A stretch of 64,000 nt of DNA from Heterodontus francisci (taxonomy: Eukaryota), in the NCBI RefSeq assembly GCF_036365525.1, contig NC_090378.1, positions 116,979,593 through 117,043,592 on the forward strand. Reading direction: 5' to 3'. Position numbers and translations under genes: made by a program. The notes under the pieces were generated by a model. That model was not told where the DNA came from. It saw nothing but the letters and a program-made list of their open reading frames with translations, and searched no databases. Below are positions 53,901 to 64,000 of this stretch, piece by piece (positions within the stretch are counted from its first letter, which is position 1; each line of letters opens with the position of its first letter).

Positions 53901-56900
53901 CACAATCCGGTCTGTGCACTCAGGTACATCACACCTCACAATCCAGTCTGTGTACTCAGGTACATCACACTTCACAATCCATTCTGTGTACTCTGAACAT
54001 CACACTTCACAATCCAGTCTGTGTATTCAGGTACATCACACTTTACAATCCAGTCTGTGTACTAAGATACATCACCCTTCACAATCCAATCTGTGTACTC
54101 AGGTACATCACACTTCACAATCCAATCTGTGTACTCAGGTACATCACACTTCACAATCCAGTCTGTGTACTCAGGAACATCACACTTCACAATCCAGTCT
54201 GTGTACTCAGGAACATCACACTTCACAATCCAGTCTGTGTACTCAGGTACATCACACTTCATAATCCAGTCTGTGTACTCAGGAACATCACACTTCACAA
54301 TCCAGTCTGTGTACTCAGGAACATCACACTTCACAATCCTGTCTGTGTACACAGGTACAGCACACTTCACAATCCGGTCTGTGTACTCAGGTACATCACA
54401 CTTCACAATCCAGTCTGTGTACACAGGTACATCACACTTCACAGTCCAGTCAGTGTACTCAGGTACATCACACTTCACAATCCAGTCCGTGTTCTCAGGT
54501 ACATCACACTTCACAATCCAGTCTCTGTACTCAGGGACATCACACTTCGCCATCCAGTACGTGTACTCAGGTACATCACACTTCACAATCCATTCTGTGT
54601 ACTCAGGTACATCACACTTCACAATCCAGTCTGTGTTCTCAGGTACATCACACTTCACAATCCGTTCTGTGTACTCAGGTACATCACACTTCACAATCCG
54701 GTCTGTGTACTCAGGTACATCATACTTCACAATCCAGTCTGTGTACTCAGGTACATCACTCTTCACAATCCGGGCTGTGCACTCAGGTACATCACACTTC
54801 ACAATCCAGTCTGTGTACTCAGGTACATTACACTTCACAATCCAGTCTGTGTACTCGGGTACATCACACTACACAATCCAGTCTGTGTACTCAGGTACAT
54901 TACACTTCACAATCCAGTCTGTGTACTCAGGTACATTACACTTCACAATCCAGTCTGTGTACTCAGGGACATCACACTTCACAATCCAGTCTGTATACTC
55001 AGGTACATCACACTTCACAATCCAATCTGTGAACTCAGATACATCACACTTCGCAATCCGGTCTGTGTACTCAGATACATCACATTTCACAATCCAGTCT
55101 GTGTACTCAGGTACATCACACTTCACAATACAGTCTGCGTACTCAGGAACATCACACTTCACAATCCAGTCTGTGTAATCAGGTATATTACACTTCTCAA
55201 TCCATTCGGTGTACTCAGGAACATCACACTTCACAATCCAGTCTGTGCACTCAGGTACATCACACTTCACAATCCAGTCTGTGTACTCAGGTACATCACA
55301 CTTCACAATCCAGTCTGTGTGCTCAGGAACATCACACTTCAAAATCCAGTCTGTGTACTCAGGTACATCACACTTCTCAATCCAGTCTGTGTACTCAGGT
55401 ACATCACACTTCACAATCCAGTCTGTGTACTCAGGTACATCACACTTCACAACCCAGTCCGTGTTCTCAGGTACATCACACTTCACAATCCACTCTGTGT
55501 ACTCAGGTACATCACACTTCACAATCCAGTCTATGTACTCAGGTATATCACACTTCACAATCCAGTCTGTGTAATCAGGTATATCACACTTCTCAATCTA
55601 GTCTGTGTACTCAGGAACATCACACTTCACAATCCAGTCTGTGTACTCCGGTACATCACACTTCACAATCCAGTCGGTGTACTCAGGTACATCACACTTC
55701 ACAATCCAGTCTGTGTACTCAGGTACATCACACTTCACAATCCAGTCTGTGTACTCAGGTACATCACTCTTCACAATCCGGGCTGTGCACTCAGGTACAT
55801 CACACTTCACAATCCAGTCTGTCTGCTCAGGTACGTTACACTTCACAATCCAGTCTGTGTACTCGGGTACATCACACTTCACAAATCTGTCTGAGTACTC
55901 AGGTACATCACACTTCACAATCCAGTCTGTGTACTCAGGTACATCACACTTCACAAATCTGTCTGAGTACTCAGGTACATCACACTTCACAATCCAGTCT
56001 GTGTACCCACGTACATCACACTTCACAATCCAGTCTGTGTACTCAGGAGCATCACACTTCACAGTCCAGTCTGTGTACTCAGATACATCACACTTCACAA
56101 TCCAGTCTGTGTACACAGGTACATCACACTTCGCAAACCAGACTCTGTACTCAGGTACATCACACTTCACAATCCATTCTGTGTGCTCAGATACATCACA
56201 CTTCACAATCCAATCTGTGTACTCAGATACATCACACTTCACAATCCGGTCTGTGTCCTCAGGTACATCACACTTCACAATCCAGTCTGTGTACTCAGGT
56301 ACATCACACTTCACAATCCAGTCTGTGTACTCAGATACATCACACTTCACAATCCGGTCTGTGTCCTCAGGTACATCACACTTCACAATCCAGTCTGTGT
56401 ACTCAGGTACATCACACTTCAGAATCCAGTCTGTGTACTCAGGAACATCACACTTCACAATCCAGTCTGTGTACTCAGGTGCATCACACTTCACAATCCA
56501 GTCTGTGTACTCAGGAACATCACACTTCACAATCCAGTCTGTGTACTCAGGAACATCACACTTCACAATCCAGTCTGTGTACTCAGGTACATCACACTTC
56601 ACAATCCAGTCTGTGTACTCAGGAACATCACACTTCACAATCCAGTCTGTGTACTCAGGAACATCACACTTCACAATCCAGTCTGTGTACACAGGTACAG
56701 CACACTTCACAATCCGGTCTGTGTACTCAGGTACATCACACTTCACAATCCAGTCTGTGTACACAGGTACATCACACTTCACAGTCCAGTCAGTGTACTC
56801 AGGTACATCACACTTCACAATCCAGTCCGTGTTCTCAGGTACATCACACTTCACAATCCAGTCTCTGTACTCAGGGACATCACACTTCGCCATCCAGTAC

Positions 56901-59900
56901 GTGTACTCAGGTACATCACACTTCACAATCCATTCTGTGTACTCAGGTACATCACACTTCACAATCCAGTCCGTGTTCTCAGGTACATCACACTTCACAA
57001 TCCGTTCTGTGTACTCAGGTACATCACACTTCACAATCCGGTCTGTGTACTCAGGTACATCACACTTCACAATCCAGTCTGTGTACTCAGGTACATCACT
57101 CTTCACAATCCGGGCTGTGCACTCAGGTACATCACACTTCACAATCCAGTCTGTGTACTCAGGTACATTACACTTCACAATCCAGTCTGTGTACTCGGGT
57201 ACATCACACTACACAATCCAGTCTGTGTACTCAGGTACATTACACTTCACAATCCAGTCTGTGTACTCAGGTACATTACACTTCACAATCCAGTCTGTGT
57301 ACTCAGGGACATCACACTTCACAATCCAGTCTGTATACTCAGGTACATCACACTTCACAATCCAGTCTGTGTACTCAGGTGCATCACACTTCACAGTCCA
57401 GTCTGTGTACTCAGATACATCACACTTCACAATCCAGTCTGTGTACACAGGTACATCACACTTCGCAAACCAGACTCTGTACTCAGGTACATCACACTTC
57501 ACAATCCAGTCTGTGTACTCAGGTACATCACACTTCACAGTCCAGTCTGTGTGCTCAGATACATCACACTTCACAATCCAATCTGTGAACTCAGATACAT
57601 CACACTTCGCAATCCGGTCTGTGTACTCAGATACATCACATTTCACAATCCAGTCTGTGTACTCAGGTACATCACACTTCACAATCCAGTCTGCGTACTC
57701 AGGAACATCACACTTCACAATCCAGTCTGTGTAATCAGGTATATTACACTTCTCAATCCATTCGGTGTACTCAGGAACATCACACTTCACAATCCAGTCT
57801 GTGCACTCAGGTACATCACACTTCACAATCCAGTCTGTGTACTCAGGTACATCACACTTCACAATCCAGTCTGTGTGCTCAGGAACATCACACTTCAAAA
57901 TCCAGTCTGTGTACTCAGGTACATCACACTTCTCAATCCAGTCTGTGTACTCAGGTACATCACACTTCACAATCCAGTCTGTGTACTCAGGTACATCACA
58001 CTTCACAACCCAGTCCGTGTTCTCAGGTACATCACACTTCACAATCCACTCTGTGTACTCAGGTACATCACACTTCACAATCCAGTCTGTGTAATCAGGT
58101 ATATCACACTTCTCAATCTAGTCTGTGTACTCAGGAACATCACACTTCACAATCCAGTCTGTGTACTCCGGTACATCACACTTCACAATCCAGTCGGTGT
58201 ACTCAGGTACATCACACTTCACAATCCAGTCTGTGTACTCAGGTACATCACACTTCACAATCCAGTCTGTGTACTCAGGTACATCACTCTTCACAATCCG
58301 GGCTGTGCACTCAGGTACATCACACTTCACAATCCAGTCTGTGTGCTCAGGTACATTACACTTCACAATCCAGTCTGTGTACTCGGGTACATCACACTTC
58401 ACAATCCAGTCTGTGTACTCAGGTACATCACACTTCACAAATCTGTCTGAGTACTCAGGTACATCACACTTCACAATCCAGTCTGTGTACCCACGTACAT
58501 CACACTTCACAATCCAGTCTGTGTACTCAGGAGCATCACACTTCACAGTCCAGTCTGTGTACTCAGATACATCACACTTCACAATCCAGTCTGTGTACAC
58601 AGGTACATCACACTTCGCAAACCAGACTCTGTACTCAGGTACATCACACTTCACAATCCATTCTGTGTGCTCAGATACATCACACTTCACAATCCAATCT
58701 GTGTACTCAGATACATCACACTTCACAATCCGGTCTGTGTCCTCAGGTACATCACACTTCACAATCCAGTCTGTGTACTCAGGTACATCACACTTCACAA
58801 TCCAGTCTGTGTACTCAGATACATCACACTTCACAATCCGGTCTGTGTCCTCAGGTACATCACACTTCACAATCCAGTCTGTGTACTCAGGTACATCACA
58901 CTTCAGAATCCAGTCTGTGTACTCAGGAACATCACACTTCACAATCCAGTCTGTGTACTCAGGTGCATCACACTTCACAATCCAGTCTGTGTACTCAGGA
59001 ACATCACACTTCACAATCCAGTCTGTGTACTCAGGAACATCACACTTCACAATCCAGTCTGTGTACTCAGGTACATCACACTTCACAATCCAGTCTGTGT
59101 ACTCAGGAACATCACACTTCACAATCCAGTCTGTGTACTCAGGAACATCACACTTCACAATCCAGTCTGTGTACACAGGTACAGCACACTTCACAATCCG
59201 GTCTGTGTACTCAGGTACATCACACTTCACAATCCAGTCTGTGTACACAGGTACATCACACTTCACAGTCCAGTCAGTGTACTCAGGTACATCACACTTC
59301 ACAATCCAGTCCGTGTTCTCAGGTACATCACACTTCACAATCCAGTCTGTGTACTCAGGTACATCACACTTCACAATCCAGTCTGTGTACTCAGGAACAT
59401 CACACTTCACAATCCAGTCTGTGTACACAGGTACAGCACACTTCACAATCCGGTCTGTGTACTCAGGTACATCACACTTCACAATCCAGTCTGTGTACAC
59501 AGGTACATCACACTTCACAGTCCAGTCAGTGTACTCAGGTACATCACACTTCACAATCCAGTCCGTGTTCTCAGGTACATCACACTTCACAATCCGTTCT
59601 GTGTACTCAGGTACATCACACTTCACAATCCGGTCTGTGTACTCAGGTACATCACACTTCACAATCCAGTCTGTGTACTCAGGTACATCACTCTTCACAA
59701 TCCGGGCTGTGCACTCAGGTACATCACACTTCACAATCCAGTCTGTGTACTCAGGTACATTACACTTCACAATCCAGTCTGTGTACTCGGGTACATCACA
59801 CTACACAATCCAGTCTGTGTACTCAGGTACATTACACTTCACAATCCAGTCTGTGTACTCAGGTACATTACACTTCACAATCCAGTCTGTATACTCAGGT

Positions 59901-62900
59901 ACATCACACTTCACAATCCAGTCTGTGTACTCAGGTGCATCACACTTCACAGTCCAGTCTGTGTACTCAGATACATCACACTTCACAATCCAGTCTGTGT
60001 ACACAGGTACATCACACTTCGCAAACCAGACTCTGTACTCAGGTACATCACACTTCACAATCCAGTCTGTGTACTCAGGTACATCACACTTCACAGTCCA
60101 GTCTGTGTGCTCAGATACATCACACTTCACAATCCAATCTGTGAACTCAGATACATCACACTTCGCAATCCGGTCTGTGTACTCAGATACATCACATTTC
60201 ACAATCCAGTCTGTGTACTCAGGTACATCACACTTCACAATCCAGTCTGCGTACTCAGGAACATCACACTTCACAATCCAGTCTGTGTAATCAGGTATAT
60301 TACACTTCTCAATCCATTCGGTGTACTCAGGAACATCACACTTCACAATCCAGTCTGTGCACTCAGGTACATCACACTTCACAATCCAGTCTGTGTACTC
60401 AGGTACATCACACTTCACAATCCAGTCTGTGTGCTCAGGAACATCACACTTCAAAATCCAGTCTGTGTACTCAGGTACATCACACTTCTCAATCCAGTCT
60501 GTGTACTCAGGTACATCACACTTCACAATCCAGTCTGTGTACTCAGGTACATCACACTTCACAACCCAGTCCGTGTTCTCAGGTACATCACACTTCACAA
60601 TCCACTCTGTGTACTCAGGTACATCACACTTCACAATCCAGTCTGTGTAATCAGGTATATCACACTTCTCAATCTAGTCTGTGTACTCAGGAACATCACA
60701 CTTCACAATCCAGTCTGTGTACTCCGGTACATCACACTTCACAATCCAGTCGGTGTACTCAGGTACATCACACTTCACAATCCAGTCTGTGTACTCAGGT
60801 ACGTCACACTTCACAATCCAGTCTGTGTACTCAGGTACATCACTCTTCACAATCCGGGCTGTGCACTCAGGTACATCACACTTCACAATCCAGTCTGTGT
60901 GCTCAGGTACATTACACTTCACAATCCAGTCTGTGTACTCGGGTACATCACACTTCACAATCCAGTCTGTGTACTCAGGTACATCACACTTCACAAATCT
61001 GTCTGAGTACTCAGGTACATCACACTTCACAATCCAGTCTGTGTACCCACGTACATCACACTTCACAATCCAGTCTGTGTACTCAGGAGCATCACACTTC
61101 ACAGTCCAGTCTGTGTACTCAGATACATCACACTTCACAATCCAGTCTGTGTACACAGGTACATCACACTTCGCAAACCAGACTCTGTACTCAGGTACAT
61201 CACACTTCACAATCCATTCTGTGTGCTCAGATACATCACACTTCACAATCCAATCTGTGTACTCAGATACATCACACTTCACAATCCGGTCTGTGTCCTC
61301 AGGTACATCACACTTCACAATCCAGTCTGTGTACTCAGGTACATCACACTTCACAATCCAGTCTGTGTACTCAGATACATCACACTTCACAATCCGGTCT
61401 GTGTCCTCAGGTACATCACACTTCACAATCCAGTCTGTGTACTCAGGTACATCACACTTCAGAATCCAGTCTGTGTACTCAGGAACATCACACTTCACAA
61501 TCCAGTCTGTGTACTCAGGTGCATCACACTTCACAATCCAGTCTGTGTACTCAGGTACATCACACTTCACAATCCAGTCTGTGTACTCAGGTACATCACA
61601 CTTTACAATCCAGTCTGTGTACTCAGGAACATCACACTTCACAATCCGGTCTGTGTACTCAGGTACATCACACTTCACAATCCAGTCTGTGTACTCAGGA
61701 ACATCACACTTCTCAATCCAGTCTGTGTACTCAGGAACATCACACTTCACAATCCAGTCTGTGTCCTCAGGTACATCACACTTCACAATCCAGTCTGTGT
61801 ACTCGGGTACATCACACTTCACAATCCAGTCTGTGTACTCAGGTACATCACACTTCACAAATCTGTCTGAGTACTCAGGTACATCACACTTCACAATCCA
61901 GTCTGTGTACTCACGTACATCACACTTCACAATCCAGTCTGTGTACTCAGGAGCATCACACTTCACAGTCCAGTCTGTGTACTCAGATACATCACACTTC
62001 ACAATCCAGTCTGTGTACACAGGGACATCACACTTCGCAAACCAGACTCTGTACTCAGGTACATCACACTTCACAATCCATTCTGTGTGCTCAGATACAT
62101 CACACTTCACAATCCAATCTGTGTACTCAGATACATCACACTTCACAATCCGGTCTGTGTCCTCAGGTACATCACACTTCACAATCCAGTCTGTGTACTC
62201 AGGTACATCACACTTCACAATCCAGTCTGTGTACTCAGATACATCACACTTCACAATCCGGTCTGTGTCCTCAGGTACATCACACTTCACAATCCAGTCT
62301 GTGTACTCAGGTACATCACACTTCAGAATCCAGTCTGTGTACTCAGGAACATCACACTTCACAATCCAGTCTGTGTACTCAGGTGCATCACACTTCACAA
62401 TCCAGTCTGTGTACTCAGGTACATCACACTTCACAATCCAGTCTGTGTACTCAGGTACATCACACTTTACAATCCAGTCTGTGTACTCAGGAACATCACA
62501 CTTCACAATCCGGTCTGTGTACTCAGGTACATCACACTTCACAATCCAGTCTGTGTACTCAGGAATATCACACTTCTCAATCCAGTCTGTGTACTCAGGA
62601 ACATCACACTTCACAATCCAGTCTGTGTCCTCAGGTACATCACACTTCACAATCCAGTCTGTGTACTCAGGAACATCACACTTCTCAATCCAGTCTGTGT
62701 ACTCAGGAACATCACACTTCTCAATCCAGTCGGTGTACTCAGGAACATCACACTTCTCAATCCGGTCTGTGTACTCAGGTACATCACACTTCTCAATCCA
62801 GTCTATGTACTCAGGTACATCTCACTTCACAATCCAGTCTGTGTACTCAGGAACATCACACTTCAAAATCCAGTCTGTGTACTCAGTTACATCACACTTC

Positions 62901-63235
62901 TCAATCCAGTCTGTGTACTCAGGTACATCACACTTCTCAATCCAGTCTGTGTACTCAGGTACATCTCACTTCACAATCCAGTCTGTGTACTCAGGAACAT
63001 CACACTTCAAAATCCGGTCTGTGTACTCAGGTACATCACACTTCTCAATCCAGTCTGTGTACTCAGGTACATCACACTTCTCAATCCAGTCTGTGTACTC
63101 AGGTACATCTCACTTCACAATCCAGTCTTTGTACTCAGGAACATCACACTTCACAATCCAGTCTGTGTACTCAGGTATATCACACTTCTCAATCCAGTCG
63201 GTGTACTCAGGAACATCACACTTCACAATCCAGTA
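50955..63235. repeat. 36-bp minisatellite, ~340 copies (12.3 kb; tccagtctgtgtactcaggtacatcacacttcacaa)
   Basis: Directly visible; 12-aa periodicity in all overlapping ORFs. Confidence 0.98.
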
Positions 63236-64000
63236 TGAATACAACATGCAGTGTTTCACTCACAAGTCATATCCTAATTCTACTTTATCTACATCTACAT
63301 TCCATTCATACTGCCACTGAATCAGAGCACATCAAAGATACATAAAAGTGATTTCAGAATAACCACATGGAGCCAGCAAAGGCTCTTTATTCCTCTCTAT
63401 CCCTTCAAATCATCCTGTTTCAATGGTTATATTGCCCTCTGAAGCTCCATGATTATATTGCTGTTACAAAGTCCTCTGATGATTTGAATAATATAAACAC
63501 AAGTGAGCACATTAACATTTCCAGAGTATCAGAGACATGGATGAGTGAATTGCAGTACAAGTAGAGGCCACCCCAATGTCTGAGTGCTCCAGTCGAAGCT
63601 CAGACTGAGGTATTGTAATCTGAGCTTGCTGCCACACAGGCTCAGACTGCTGCCATCATGGCTGTGGATGCCAGTGCTCAAAGGGGCTTGCAGGCTCACC
63701 CAGCAGCCCAGCACCAAGTGCAGCTTGATGGAGTACTGCTTCAACAGATACCTAACTCGGAGAATTGGGGATTGAGGGAATTCAGTGCAATGACTGAAGA
63801 GATTCTATTCTGATCTTTTGCAAAACACGGAGCAGTCTGAGTGATGAAGCGGGAGACAGCGAGACCTGGTGATCAGCTCTAAGTGTTTCTAGATACTAGT
63901 CTAGAAAGTAAAACATGGCAGGGAACCTCAGCCCCGTGGAATACACACCCTGTGTCATGTGGGAAATCCTGGACACTTCTCATGACCTGAATGACCACAT

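Noticed and set aside
50920-63345. Many long ORFs on both strands (YSGTSHFTIQSV / KCDVPEYTDWIV)
   Set aside because: 36-bp tandem repeat open in several frames; no sign of coding selection.

Overview
Vertebrate genomic DNA, almost certainly from a cartilaginous fish (shark-type SINEs, CR1/L2/RTE LINEs, minisatellites). The one recognisable gene is a complete, unrearranged, apparently intact immunoglobulin light-chain cluster of the kappa (type III / nurse-shark NS4-like) class on the minus strand. It has a promoter (variant octamer + TATA), leader exon 34370-34418, V exon 33885-34183 with a 12-RSS, a single J 12307-12341 with a 23-RSS, C exon 7994-8322 and a polyA signal at 7492-7497. The striking feature is the ~21.5 kb V-J interval. 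It holds a 17.6 kb array of a 61-bp minisatellite that starts 6 bp from the V-RSS nonamer and carries two near-heptamers per unit, plus a CR1 LINE with nested SINEs. The J-C intron carries a probable solo LTR (TGTT...AACA, ATAT duplication). The rest of the window is an RTE LINE 5' portion, several more minisatellite arrays (45, 43, 32, 23 and 36 bp units), LINE/MITE fragments and a 982-N assembly gap. Most long ORFs in the track are artefacts of tandem repeats.
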